From Candidatus Limnocylindrales bacterium (lineage in GTDB: Bacteria > Chloroflexota > Limnocylindria > Limnocylindrales > CSP1-4): 64,000 nucleotides of DNA. Of this stretch, positions 18,963 to 27,955 are shown one piece after another. Location: NCBI GenBank assembly GCA_035692005.1, contig DASSII010000136.1, positions 3,318-67,317 of the forward strand. Direction: 5' to 3'. The notes beneath the pieces were generated by a model. It was given only the letters and a program-made list of their open reading frames with translations. It searched no databases and was not told the DNA's origin. Each line of letters starts with the position of its first letter. The first letter of the stretch is position 1. The position numbers were made by a program, and so were the translations under genes.

Positions 18963-19960
18963 GCCCGTGCCCGCCGGATCTGGACCAGCGTGCCGATCAT
19001 CACGACGCCGATGAGGATGAGTCCGTTGGCGACGGTGGCGTAGCTCGGGTTGAGATTGAGGAACGTGAGGTCGGTGCGCAGGAGCTGCAGGATCATCACC
19101 CCGACGATCGGACCGAACACCCCACCCCGCCCGCCAGCGAGGCTGACCCCGCCGAGGACGACCGCGGCCACGCTCATCAGGGTGTAGCTGCTGGCCAGCG
19201 GCGACCCGATGCCGGTGCTCGCGGTCAGCGACAGGCCGCCGAACGCCGAGAACAGGCCGGCGAAGGCATACGCCGCGACCTTGGTTCGTCCGACCGACAC
19301 GCCGCTCCGGAACGCGGCGAGCTGGTTGCTGCCGATGGCGTAGATCGACAGCCCGAGGCGCGACCGCCGGAGGGGCAGCCAGATCAGCGCGACGACGACG
19401 ATCAGCACGACGGCCGCCTTGGGGATCCACTCGCTGACCATCGAACCCGTGATGAGGCTCTTCAGCCACGCGGCCGATCCGCCGCCGGGCGTCTTGAGCA
19501 CGAGCAGGGCGCAGCCGGCCCACACGAACGACATCGCCAGGGTCACCACGATGTCGGGCACCCGGGTGATGACGACGAGCGCACCGTTGACGACGCCGAG
19601 CACGAGGCCGAGCAGCAGCACCCCGATGACGACGGCGACGGCGAATTCTTCGGACTGGCCCTTCATCAGGCTGGCCGACACGACGCTGGTGAGGGCCATC
19701 ATCGGCCCGACCGACAGGTCGATCCCGCCGGCGATCACGACGATCGCCTGGGCGACCGCCGCCAGGGCGAGCGGCAGGACCGAGATGGCCAGGCCCTGGA
19801 CCCCGGGCACGCCGTAGCTCGGCTGGATGAGCTTGGTGAACACGAGCAGCAGCGCGAGAAACCCGAGCAGGCCGACCGTCCAGCCGTTGCGCTGGAGGCC
19901 GGCCACGAGCGCGTCGGTCCGGCGCGGGGTGCTGGCTGCCGTGGCGGTCGCGGCGCTCAT
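18959..19960 (-). CDS. Sugar ABC transporter permease (CUT2, RbsC-like)
   Basis: Multi-TM RbsC-like sequence. ATG 19960 overlaps the ATPase stop (ATGA). Confidence 0.85.
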   Translation of the reverse strand: MSAATATAASTPRRTDALVAGLQRNGWTVGLLGFLALLLVFTKLIQPSYGVPGVQGLAISVLPLALAAVAQAIVVIAGGIDLSVGPMMALTSVVSASLMKGQSEEFAVAVVIGVLLLGLVLGVVNGALVVITRVPDIVVTLAMSFVWAGCALLVLKTPGGGSAAWLKSLITGSMVSEWIPKAAVVLIVVVALIWLPLRRSRLGLSIYAIGSNQLAAFRSGVSVGRTKVAAYAFAGLFSAFGGLSLTASTGIGSPLASSYTLMSVAAVVLGGVSLAGGRGGVFGPIVGVMILQLLRTDLTFLNLNPSYATVANGLILIGVVMIGTLVQIRRARA

Positions 19961-21561
19961 GGTTCGCGCGGCGCGCTGACCGACCCGCTCGCCGCGGGGC
20001 TCGTGGCGTCGGGCGGGGTCGGTGTCGGCGGTTCGTCGGTCAGGGCCTCGGCCGCCGCGGCCTCGGGCAGGACGGCATCGGAGCGGAGGTTGTACGCCGC
20101 GCGCAGGAGGGCCGGCTCGTCGGCGTCGGCGACATCGATCTCGGCGACGATCCGGCCGCCGAACATGACGATCGCCCGGTCGCAGGCCAGCTGGACCTCC
20201 TTGAGCTCCGAGGTGTACAGGAGGACCGCCGCGCCGGCCGCCGCGAGCTCGCGCAACAGGACGTAGATCTGGTGCTTCGTCCGGATGTCGATGCCGCGCG
20301 TCGGGTCGAAGCAGAGCATCGTCCTGACGCCGCCGGCGACCCAGCGTGCGATGGTCACCTTCTGCTGGTTGCCGCCGGACAGTCTGCGCACCTCGCCCTT
20401 GGCGCGCGTGTCGATCTGCAGGGTCTCGATGGCCTGGTCCACTCGCCTGCGCTCGGTCGACAGGTCGATGACCCCCCAATCCCGCAGCCGCGAGGTGAAC
20501 GGCAGGGCGATGTTCTCGCGGACGGAGCGCTGCATGAGCAGGGCCTCGGCGCGGTCGGCCGGGACGTACACCAGCCCGGCCCGGATGGCATCCGCGGGAT
20601 GGCGGAAGGCCGTCGGAACGCCATCGACGTGGAGCTCGCCGGCCTTGGGACGGACGGATCCGCACAGGATCGAGAACAGCTCGTCCTGGCCCTGGTCCTC
20701 GAGCGCGACCAGTCCGAGCACCTCGCCCGGATGGAGCTCGAACGACGCGTCCTGCAGCCGGCCGCCGTCGCCCAGGCCGCGCGCGTCGATGCGCGGGACC
20801 GCACCCGCCGCCCGGGCGCGGGTCGACCGTTCGGCGGCGTCGGACATGTCGTCGACGATCTGGCCGAGCATCAGCTCGACGATCCGCTCCTCGGCGCCGG
20901 CCGTCACGTCGACCACGCCGACGGTCTCGCCTTCGCGCAGCACGGTCGCGCGGTCGCACACGGCGGCGATCTCGATCATGCGGTGCGAGATGAAGATCAC
21001 CGAGCGCTCACCGCCGCGCTGGCGGCCGATGACGTCGAGCACCCGCTCGGTGAGGTTGGCCGGGAGCGCGGCGGTCATCTCGTCGAGCATGAGCACGTCG
21101 GGCTCGATCGCCATGGCGCGCGCGAGGTCGATGATCCGCAGCGAGGCCAGCGGTACCTGGCGCGCCATCCGCGACAGGTCGAGGCGCTCGAGCCCGAGCT
21201 GGGCAAGCCAGTGGCGGAACGGCTCGATCGGCGTCTCGGTCAGGCGCAGGTTCGAGCGGATATCGAGGTCGGGGATGAGGGCCGGTTCCTGGTAGACGGA
21301 CACGACACCGCCGCGGCGAGCCTCGGCGGGGGAGTGGGCGGTCCGCTCGCGACCGCGCACGGTGATGCGGCCGCCGTCGGGGCGGACGGCACCGGTCAGG
21401 ATCTTGACCAGCGTGCTCTTGCCGGCGCCGTTGGCGCCCATCAGTGCGTGGACCTCGCCGGGTCGGACCGCGAGCGAGGCGGACTTGAGGGCCACGACCG
21501 CGCCGTACGTCTTCGAGACGCCCGTGGCTTCGAGGAGCAGGGGGGCGGTGGTGACGGTCAT
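19957..21561 (-). CDS. Sugar ABC transporter ATP-binding protein with duplicated nucleotide-binding domains (CUT2)
   Basis: First Walker A is GANGAGKST. A second nucleotide-binding domain carries the LSGGNQQKV signature. 534 aa from ATG 21561. Confidence 0.9.
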   Translation of the reverse strand: MTVTTAPLLLEATGVSKTYGAVVALKSASLAVRPGEVHALMGANGAGKSTLVKILTGAVRPDGGRITVRGRERTAHSPAEARRGGVVSVYQEPALIPDLDIRSNLRLTETPIEPFRHWLAQLGLERLDLSRMARQVPLASLRIIDLARAMAIEPDVLMLDEMTAALPANLTERVLDVIGRQRGGERSVIFISHRMIEIAAVCDRATVLREGETVGVVDVTAGAEERIVELMLGQIVDDMSDAAERSTRARAAGAVPRIDARGLGDGGRLQDASFELHPGEVLGLVALEDQGQDELFSILCGSVRPKAGELHVDGVPTAFRHPADAIRAGLVYVPADRAEALLMQRSVRENIALPFTSRLRDWGVIDLSTERRRVDQAIETLQIDTRAKGEVRRLSGGNQQKVTIARWVAGGVRTMLCFDPTRGIDIRTKHQIYVLLRELAAAGAAVLLYTSELKEVQLACDRAIVMFGGRIVAEIDVADADEPALLRAAYNLRSDAVLPEAAAAEALTDEPPTPTPPDATSPAASGSVSAPREP

Positions 21562-21577
21562 GGCCCTCGGTGAGGCC

Positions 21578-21607
21578 GGGAGGTGCCGGCCGAAGCCGGC
21601 ACCTCCC
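21578..21607 (-). promoter_or_regulatory. Perfect 13-bp stem / 4-nt loop intercistronic hairpin after the SBP gene
   Basis: GGGAGGTGCCGGC cgaa GCCGGCACCTCCC read directly, lying between the SBP stop (21635) and the ATPase start (21561). Confidence 0.5.
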
Positions 21608-21634
21608 GTCGTGGTTCCGATGGACTCGTGCGGT

Positions 21635-22816
21635 CTACGACCCGCCCGGTCCCTTGCAGGCAACGGCCTGCTCAGGGGTGTACGAGGTCCAGCCGTCGAT
21701 CTTGAGGCCGAGTGGCCACAGCGGATCGAGGCCGTCGACCTGCCAGGACTGGAGCATCGTCTTGCCGGTGTCGGTCGTGTTGTCGGCAACGACCGGCTTG
21801 AGCAGGACGGTGTTCGGCTGGCTGGCAGACGGATCCGTCTGGACCTGCTCGCCGTTGAGGAGCTTGAGGGCCAGGTTGACGCCCGCGCCGCCGACGGCGG
21901 CGGTGTTGGTCACGGCCGCGCCCTCGAGGCCCGGATAGTCCGTCGGGTTCAGCAGCTGACCGACGAATGCCCCGAGGTCCGCGCCGACGATCGGCACGTA
22001 CTTCTTGTTGGCGGACTTGATGGCGTCAACGACCTGCGAATCCATGCCCGACGTCCAGATGCCCTGGATGGTGTCGTACTGGCCGCTGGCGATGAACTCG
22101 TTGATGAGCGTGGTCGTGGTGGCCGGATCCCATCCGGTGGCCACGCCGTCGACGCTCGGGACGACCTTGATGTCCGGGTAATCCTTGAGGACTTCCTTGA
22201 ACCCGATGTCGCGGTCGGAATCGGCCGGATGGCCGGCCAGGCCACGCATGTAGTACACGGTGCCCTTGCCGCCGAGCTTGTCGAACAGCCACTTGGCGCC
22301 GAGCTTCGCGTACTCGATCTGGTTGTTGTACAGGTTGTAGGTGTCGGGGTTGGTGACGTAGGCATCGACGGAGACCGTCACGATGCCGGCCGTCTTGGCC
22401 TCCTCGAGCGCCGGGTTGAGCGCCGCGGGATCGTTCGGGTTGAAGACGATCGCGTTGACGCCCTTCGCGATCAGGTCGCGCAGGTCCTGGAGCTGCTCGG
22501 CAGCCGTGCGGTTCTGGTGGATGACGGTCAGCTCGGACACCGCGCCCGAGGCGAGCGCCTCGGCCTTGGCGGTGCAGACCTGCTCCTCGCGGAAGCCGTT
22601 GCCGACGCCGCCGCCATTCGAATAGCCGATCTTCCACGACGCGGCCGACGGCGATGCCGCCGGCTCGGACGCGGCCGGCTCGGACGCGGCCGGCTGGGAC
22701 GCCGCCGCGCTCGGTGCGGTGGTCGCCCCGCCGCCGCTGGTGCACGCCGCGGCGAACACCGCGATGAGCGCCAGGATGACGAGCCAGAGCGGCCCGGTCG
22801 ATCTACGTTCGATCAT
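21635..22816 (-). CDS. Sugar ABC substrate-binding lipoprotein (periplasmic binding protein type 1)
   Basis: GAGGAGGAG lies upstream of ATG 22816. Signal/lipobox LIAVFAAACTSGG, then an Ala/Ser/Glu/Pro linker, then an RbsB-like fold. Confidence 0.85.
   Translation of the reverse strand: MIERRSTGPLWLVILALIAVFAAACTSGGGATTAPSAAASQPAASEPAASEPAASPSAASWKIGYSNGGGVGNGFREEQVCTAKAEALASGAVSELTVIHQNRTAAEQLQDLRDLIAKGVNAIVFNPNDPAALNPALEEAKTAGIVTVSVDAYVTNPDTYNLYNNQIEYAKLGAKWLFDKLGGKGTVYYMRGLAGHPADSDRDIGFKEVLKDYPDIKVVPSVDGVATGWDPATTTTLINEFIASGQYDTIQGIWTSGMDSQVVDAIKSANKKYVPIVGADLGAFVGQLLNPTDYPGLEGAAVTNTAAVGGAGVNLALKLLNGEQVQTDPSASQPNTVLLKPVVADNTTDTGKTMLQSWQVDGLDPLWPLGLKIDGWTSYTPEQAVACKGPGGS
22659..22703 (-). 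repeat. 15-bp tandem repeat x3 inside the SBP linker
   Basis: GCCGGCTCGGACGCG occurs twice exactly and a third time with mismatches. It encodes the (AASEP)n-like linker after the lipobox. Confidence 0.6.
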
Positions 22817-22898
22817 GCGTTCTCCTCCTCGATGACGGCGCACCATGTGGCTGCGCCGGTGGACGTTTGCCCCCGATCCCGGGGGTCCAGGCACCGCA

Positions 22899-23738
22899 TC
22901 AGGTCGGCTTCACCTCCTGGCGCGGCGTCGTCTCACCACCATCCGACGCGTGGATGATGGCACGACCGATCCGTCGCGCGTGCTCCTGATAGGCATCGTC
23001 GAACAGCGCCCGCGAGCGATCGGCGCCTACGACCGATGCCCGGGTGATGACCGGCGGCAAGGCCCGACGCTCGAGCAGCAACTGGGCCGTGCGCACCTTG
23101 ATCGAATTCACGACCGCGACGGCGGCCATCGTGGAGCCCGGTCCGACCGGGGTGTCCGAGCCGTCGAGCGCGACCAGGGCATCGGCGTGAGGCGTTCCCA
23201 GGTCGATGACGAGGTCTGCCTCGTCGAGCAGGCGCGTCCCGACCGCCGGGTCGGGCTGGCTCGCGTGCGACTGCTCGACCGACGTCACCGCGATCACCCG
23301 AACGCCGCGAGCCCGCGCTCCGCGGGCCATCTCGACCGGCACCGCCGACGTGCCCCCGGCGGAGAAGACCATCAACACGTCGCGCGGCCCGAACCCGAAG
23401 TTCGACAGGATGACCTCGGCCAGACCGGGGACTCGCTCGATGAACATCGCCTGCCGCTGGCCGTTGGCACCGACGACCTGGGTGTGAAAGGTCATCGACA
23501 GCTCGACCATCGGGTTGAATCCCGGGTACGAGCCGTAGCGCGGGAACATCTCCTCGACCGGGATGCGCGAGTGGCCCGTCCCGAACAGGTGGACCAGGCC
23601 GTCGCTCGCGATCGCCTCGGCGGACCACTGGCTGGCGGTCTCGAGCGCGTCGGCCTGCGTCTCCGCAAGCCGGTCGAGCAGCGACCGGGCGGCCGTCATC
23701 CAGGCGAGGACCGGGGGAGCCGACGACGCTGTGGTCAT
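22899..23738 (-). CDS. SIS (sugar isomerase) domain protein, UPF0309-like
   Basis: 279 aa from ATG 23738 with SIS-type phosphosugar-binding motifs (LFGTGHS, VFSAGGTS). Confidence 0.7.
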   Translation of the reverse strand: MTTASSAPPVLAWMTAARSLLDRLAETQADALETASQWSAEAIASDGLVHLFGTGHSRIPVEEMFPRYGSYPGFNPMVELSMTFHTQVVGANGQRQAMFIERVPGLAEVILSNFGFGPRDVLMVFSAGGTSAVPVEMARGARARGVRVIAVTSVEQSHASQPDPAVGTRLLDEADLVIDLGTPHADALVALDGSDTPVGPGSTMAAVAVVNSIKVRTAQLLLERRALPPVITRASVVGADRSRALFDDAYQEHARRIGRAIIHASDGGETTPRQEVKPT

Positions 23739-23757
23739 GCCGCTCGACGCCGCACGG

Positions 23758-24513
23758 TCAGTACCCACCCTCGCCCGCCGCGCCGACGCGGGCTTCGGTC
23801 GCCGGCCGACCGGCCTTGCGCGCCCGGAACTCATCGATGATGGCCTTCGTCGCGGTCGCTCCGATCCGGGTCGTGCCGAGCGCCATCACCTCGAGCAGCG
23901 CGTCGAGCGTGCGCACGCCGCCGGCTGCCTTGACCCCGATGCGGGGCGAAGTGTTGGCGCGCATCAGCCGCAGGTCGTCATGGGTGGCACCGCTCGGGGC
24001 GAACCCGGTCGACGTCTTGACGAAGTCGGCCCCGGCGGCCTCCGACAGGCGACAGGCGCGGATCTTCTCGTCGTCGGTCAGGTAGGCGTTCTCGAAGATG
24101 ACCTTGACGATGGCGCCGGCCGCGTGGGCCACCTCGACGACGGCCGCGATGTCGGCCTGCACGTCTGCGTCACGGCCCGACTTGAGGGCGCCGATCTGGA
24201 TGACCATGTCCAACTCGGTCGCGCCATCGGCCAGGGCCCGACGCGCCTCCGCGAGCTTGGTGTCCGTCGCGTGGTTGCCGTGCGGGAAGCCGATCGTGGT
24301 GCCGACCGCGACATCGGTGCCGTCGAGGATCCGCCGGGCGCGGCCGATGTCGACCGGCCGCACGCAGACCGACGCGACGTCGTACTCGGCTGCGAGCCGG
24401 CAACCGTCCTCGACGAAGGCGTCGTCGAGCTCGGGGCGGAGCAGCGAGTGGTCGATCGCCTTGGCGATGTCGCGCTCCGTGAGGGTGTCGATGGTCAGGG
24501 GCATGGCACTCAC
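23758..24513 (-). CDS. deoC: Deoxyribose-phosphate aldolase family
   Basis: DeoC class I aldolase motifs (SVCV, LDMVI, catalytic FVKTSTGF). GTG 24513 overlaps the upstream stop; ATG 24504 is an alternative start. Confidence 0.85.
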   Translation of the reverse strand: MSAMPLTIDTLTERDIAKAIDHSLLRPELDDAFVEDGCRLAAEYDVASVCVRPVDIGRARRILDGTDVAVGTTIGFPHGNHATDTKLAEARRALADGATELDMVIQIGALKSGRDADVQADIAAVVEVAHAAGAIVKVIFENAYLTDDEKIRACRLSEAAGADFVKTSTGFAPSGATHDDLRLMRANTSPRIGVKAAGGVRTLDALLEVMALGTTRIGATATKAIIDEFRARKAGRPATEARVGAAGEGGY

Positions 24514-25424
24514 TTGATGTACGGCCGGAGCACGTCGCGGGCGAGCAGGAAGCCGCGCTTGATGAGCTCGTCGGTCTGCTCGAAGCCGCGGTCCTCGTGC
24601 TCGATGATGATGTCGCCGTCGTAGCCGGCGCGGTAGAGATCGGCGTGGAACCGGGCCCAGTCGACGTCGCCCAGACCGGGCAGCCGCGGGACCTGCCAGC
24701 CGATGCCGGCGGACAGCGTGCCGCGCTCATATAAGCCGTCCCGGTCGATGGTCAGGTCCTTCGCCTGGACGTGCAGGATGTGCGGGCCGAATTCCTTGAT
24801 GAAGCGCGACTGGTCGATCATCAGCCAGACGAGGTGGGATGGGTCGTAGTTGAGGCCGATCGTGCCGCCCCACTGCTCGAGGATGCGGCGCCACATGTAG
24901 GGCGACCACGCGATGTTGTGGCCCGCCGGCCATTCGTCGCGACTGAAGATCATCGGGCAGTTCTCGATGGTGATCCGCCGCCCGTGATCGTCGGCGAAGG
25001 CAACGATGTCCGGCCACACCTCGAGCGCCCGCGCCCAGTTCTCGTCCTGCGACAGCGCCGCGTCACCACCCATGAACGTGTTGACGAACGGGACGTCCAT
25101 CGCCTCGGCCGCCGTGATGACGTGGCGCAGGTGCCCGATGACCGTGTCGCGGTGGGCCGGGTCGGGGTGCAGCGGGTTCGGGTAGAACCCCAGCCCCGAG
25201 ATGTGCAGTCCCGCCCCGCGGATCTCCGCGGCCAGGTCGCGGCCGGCGTCGGCCGACAGGTTCGCGACGTCGATGTGCGATGTGCCGGCATAGCGGCGCG
25301 TCGGCCCGGTGGACCGCGGCCAGCAGGCGATCTCGATGCTCTCGAAGCCGTTCGCGGCGGTCCACGCCACGACCTCGTCGAGCGGCGTTTCGGGGAACGG
25401 GGCGGTCAGCAGGCCGAGTCTCAT
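24510..25424 (-). CDS. Sugar phosphate isomerase/epimerase (xylose isomerase-like TIM barrel)
   Basis: AP-endonuclease-2 / xylose-isomerase-like TIM-barrel sequence (ITIENCP..., DIIIEHED). Confidence 0.85.
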   Translation of the reverse strand: MRLGLLTAPFPETPLDEVVAWTAANGFESIEIACWPRSTGPTRRYAGTSHIDVANLSADAGRDLAAEIRGAGLHISGLGFYPNPLHPDPAHRDTVIGHLRHVITAAEAMDVPFVNTFMGGDAALSQDENWARALEVWPDIVAFADDHGRRITIENCPMIFSRDEWPAGHNIAWSPYMWRRILEQWGGTIGLNYDPSHLVWLMIDQSRFIKEFGPHILHVQAKDLTIDRDGLYERGTLSAGIGWQVPRLPGLGDVDWARFHADLYRAGYDGDIIIEHEDRGFEQTDELIKRGFLLARDVLRPYIK

Positions 25425-26611
25425 GGATGCGTCTCCGGTTCGAGCGCGTTCGCTGGCGATCGCTTGACGTCCACCCAGCGGCCCTCGCGCGCGCTCCGCG
25501 CGATGGCCTCGCCGACGAGCATCTCATCGTGGCCGTCGGCGAACGTGGGGTAACCGGGCGTGGAGGAGGCACGCCCGGCAGCCACGTCCGCGTAGACGGC
25601 CCGGAAATGCGCACAGAAGGTGTCGAAGAAGCCCTCGACGTGGCCGCCGGGCAGCGCCGCGGCCGCCTGGCCGGCCGGTCCCATCAGGGCGGGGTTGCGG
25701 ATGAGGATCTCGTTGGGGCGGTCGCGATGACCGATCCACGCCTGGTCGGGCTGCTCGCTGTCCCAGCTCCAGGCCGCGGCCGAGCCGTCGATCTCGTAGA
25801 CGAGCGAGTTCTTCCGGCCGGGGCTGATCTGCGAGATGCTCAGCGCCCCTCGGGCGCCGCCGTCGAAGCGGAGCAGGATGGTGGCCGCATCCTCGGTCTC
25901 GATGGCGCGCTCGACGGCGTCCGCGGAGCGCTCCGTCGAGAACGTCTCGACCGGGCCGGTCGGCTCGCGACGCGCCTCGATGAACGTCGTCAGGTCGGCC
26001 ATCACCGAGGCGACGTGCTGGCCCGTCACGTAGGTCATCAGGTCGAGCCAGTGAGAGCCGATGTCGCCGACCGCACGCAGCGATCCGCCACGGTCGGGCT
26101 GGAGACGCCAGTTCCAGTCGCTGTCGAGCAGCAGCCAGTCCTGGAAGTAGCGACCGGTCACCAGTCGCACCTGGCCGAGCGCGCCGTCGGCGATCGACTC
26201 CCGGGCGTGCTGGTTGAGTGGGTAGTAGCGGATGTTGAAGTTCGTCGCGTTGATCAGGCCGGAGCGGGCAGCCAGCTCGACCAGTTCAGCCGATCCGACG
26301 GCGCTCATGGCCAGTGGCTTTTCGCAGATCACGTGCTTGCCCGCCTCGAGCGCGGCCCGTGCCTGGGCGACGTGGAGGTCGTTGGGGGAGGTGACGTGGA
26401 CCACCTCGACCTCGGGATCGGCGAGCAGCTCGTCCAGGCTGCCGTACGCCCGCTCGACGCCCAGCGCCTCGGCACGGGCCTGGCCACGCTCCGGGGAACT
26501 GCCCAGGACGCCGGTCACCCGGACCCCGATGCGGCGGAGGGCCTCGACATGGACGGTCCCGATGAACCCCGTGCCGATGACCGCGGCGCCGACGTCGGCG
26601 ATCCTCTTCAT
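25421..26611 (-). CDS. Gfo/Idh/MocA-family NAD(P)-dependent oxidoreductase
   Basis: N-terminal Rossmann fold AAVIGTGFIGTVH, EKPLA motif, and a C-terminal alpha/beta domain. Confidence 0.9.
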   Translation of the reverse strand: MKRIADVGAAVIGTGFIGTVHVEALRRIGVRVTGVLGSSPERGQARAEALGVERAYGSLDELLADPEVEVVHVTSPNDLHVAQARAALEAGKHVICEKPLAMSAVGSAELVELAARSGLINATNFNIRYYPLNQHARESIADGALGQVRLVTGRYFQDWLLLDSDWNWRLQPDRGGSLRAVGDIGSHWLDLMTYVTGQHVASVMADLTTFIEARREPTGPVETFSTERSADAVERAIETEDAATILLRFDGGARGALSISQISPGRKNSLVYEIDGSAAAWSWDSEQPDQAWIGHRDRPNEILIRNPALMGPAGQAAAALPGGHVEGFFDTFCAHFRAVYADVAAGRASSTPGYPTFADGHDEMLVGEAIARSAREGRWVDVKRSPANALEPETHP

Positions 26612-26668
26612 GCCCAGGCCGACTCCTTGCTGTCCGAGCTGCGGGACGATCCGCGCTACGGACGAGGT

Positions 26669-26686
26669 TGTCTAGACAGTCTAGAT
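26669..26686. promoter_or_regulatory. Candidate GntR/HutC operator: palindrome TGTCTAGACA followed by GTCTAGAT
   Basis: Perfect 10-bp palindrome read directly, 58-75 nt upstream of the first gene of the operon that encodes the GntR/HutC regulator. The core GTCTAGAC matches the DasR/NagR dre core. Confidence 0.5.
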
Positions 26687-26772
26687 GGGATGCTACGACC
26701 CGCCCGTGCGGAGGTCAAGGGCCCGACCACCCGCGTCGTGGTCACGAGCCGGCACCGGCCCGGAGGACTGGA

Positions 26773-27807
26773 TCAGTCCGTGCGCGGCGGCGACGTGCTC
26801 TCGCGGACGACGAGCTCGGTCGCCAGTTCGACCCGCATCTGGGGTGGTTCCTCGCCACGCGCCAGGTTCAGCACGAGTTCCGCCGCCGCCTCGGCCATCT
26901 CGATCAGCGGCTGGCGAACGGTCGTCAGCGGCGGGCTGACCCAGCGGGCGATCGGCAGATCGTCGAACCCGACCACGCTGAGATCCTCCGGGATGTGAAG
27001 CCGTGCTTCGCGCGCCGCCTGATAGACCCCCAGGGCCTGGAGGTCGTTGCCGGTGATGATGGCCGTCGGACGGTCCCGGCGGGCCAGGAGGCGGCGCCCC
27101 GTCGCGATGCCTTCATCGACCTGGAAGGCGCCGTGGCTGACCAGGCTCGGATCGACCGGCACACCGGCCTCGTCCATGGCTGCCCGGAACCCGTCCACCC
27201 GGGCACGACTGCACAGGACGCCGGCGGGCCCGCCGATGACCCCGATCCGGTGGTGGCCCAGGCCGAGCAGGTGGCGCGTCGCCGTCAGGCCGCCATTCCA
27301 GTTCGTCGCCCCGATGGATGGCGTGCCGTGGAGTGGTTCTCCGGCCGGGTCGACGACCACGAACGGGATGCCCCGTCCCCGCAGCTGATCCCGCATCGTC
27401 TCGCTCAGATCAGAGAAGACGGCGATCACGCCCGTCGGTCGCCGGGCGATGGCGCCCTCGATCCAGCCGCGGCCCGGCGTCCGTCGGCCCTGCATCTCGG
27501 TGAGCACGACGGCCAGCTGGTGCCGGCCCGCCACGCGCTCGACACCGCGCACGATCTCGAGCGCCCACTCGCTCTCGAGCTCGTGGAAGATCAGCTCCAA
27601 CAGCGGCGCCCGACGCTTCGGCCCGACCGGCTTGGCGTAGCCGTACTTGCGGATGACCGCCTCGACGCGCCGCCTAGTCGCCGGCGCTACGTCAGCCCGG
27701 CCGTTGATCACCTTCGAGACGGTCGGCGCGGACACGCCCGCCTCCCCGGCGATGACGGCGATGGTCGTCCCGCCGCGCCCGTTGCGCCGACCCGACGTGG
27801 TAGCCAT
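26773..27807 (-). CDS. LacI-family transcriptional regulator
   Basis: HTH IAVIAGEAGVSAPTVSKVINGR plus a sugar-binding domain. ATG 27807 chosen; the upstream part of the 555-aa ORF is junk. Confidence 0.9.
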   Translation of the reverse strand: MATTSGRRNGRGGTTIAVIAGEAGVSAPTVSKVINGRADVAPATRRRVEAVIRKYGYAKPVGPKRRAPLLELIFHELESEWALEIVRGVERVAGRHQLAVVLTEMQGRRTPGRGWIEGAIARRPTGVIAVFSDLSETMRDQLRGRGIPFVVVDPAGEPLHGTPSIGATNWNGGLTATRHLLGLGHHRIGVIGGPAGVLCSRARVDGFRAAMDEAGVPVDPSLVSHGAFQVDEGIATGRRLLARRDRPTAIITGNDLQALGVYQAAREARLHIPEDLSVVGFDDLPIARWVSPPLTTVRQPLIEMAEAAAELVLNLARGEEPPQMRVELATELVVRESTSPPRTD

Positions 27808-27832
27808 GGCGGCATTGTAGCGCCCCGCGCAT

Positions 27833-27955
27833 CGAAAGTTTCGGTCTTCGCAACGGTGGCCTCCAGCGTTCGTGCCGATGGCCCTTGACGTTCGCGGAAT
27901 GCCGGACGTAGAGTCGGCACGACCGAAACAAGCGGTCGGGTATTCGCAACTTTCG
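27833..27955. promoter_or_regulatory. Divergent control region: two copies of CGAAAGTT(T/G)CG plus a TTGACG-N18-TAGAGT promoter-like element
   Basis: CGAAAGTTTCG at 27833-27843, and its near copy in inverse orientation (CGCAACTTTCG) at 27945-27955. TTGACG at 27885-27890 and TAGAGT at 27909-27914 face the SBP gene. Confidence 0.35.

Noticed and set aside
22659-22703. Possible CRISPR-like or intergenic repeat array.
   Set aside because: The repeats are contiguous 15-mers with no spacers and lie inside the SBP coding sequence, in frame. No repeat-spacer architecture or cas gene exists anywhere in the window.
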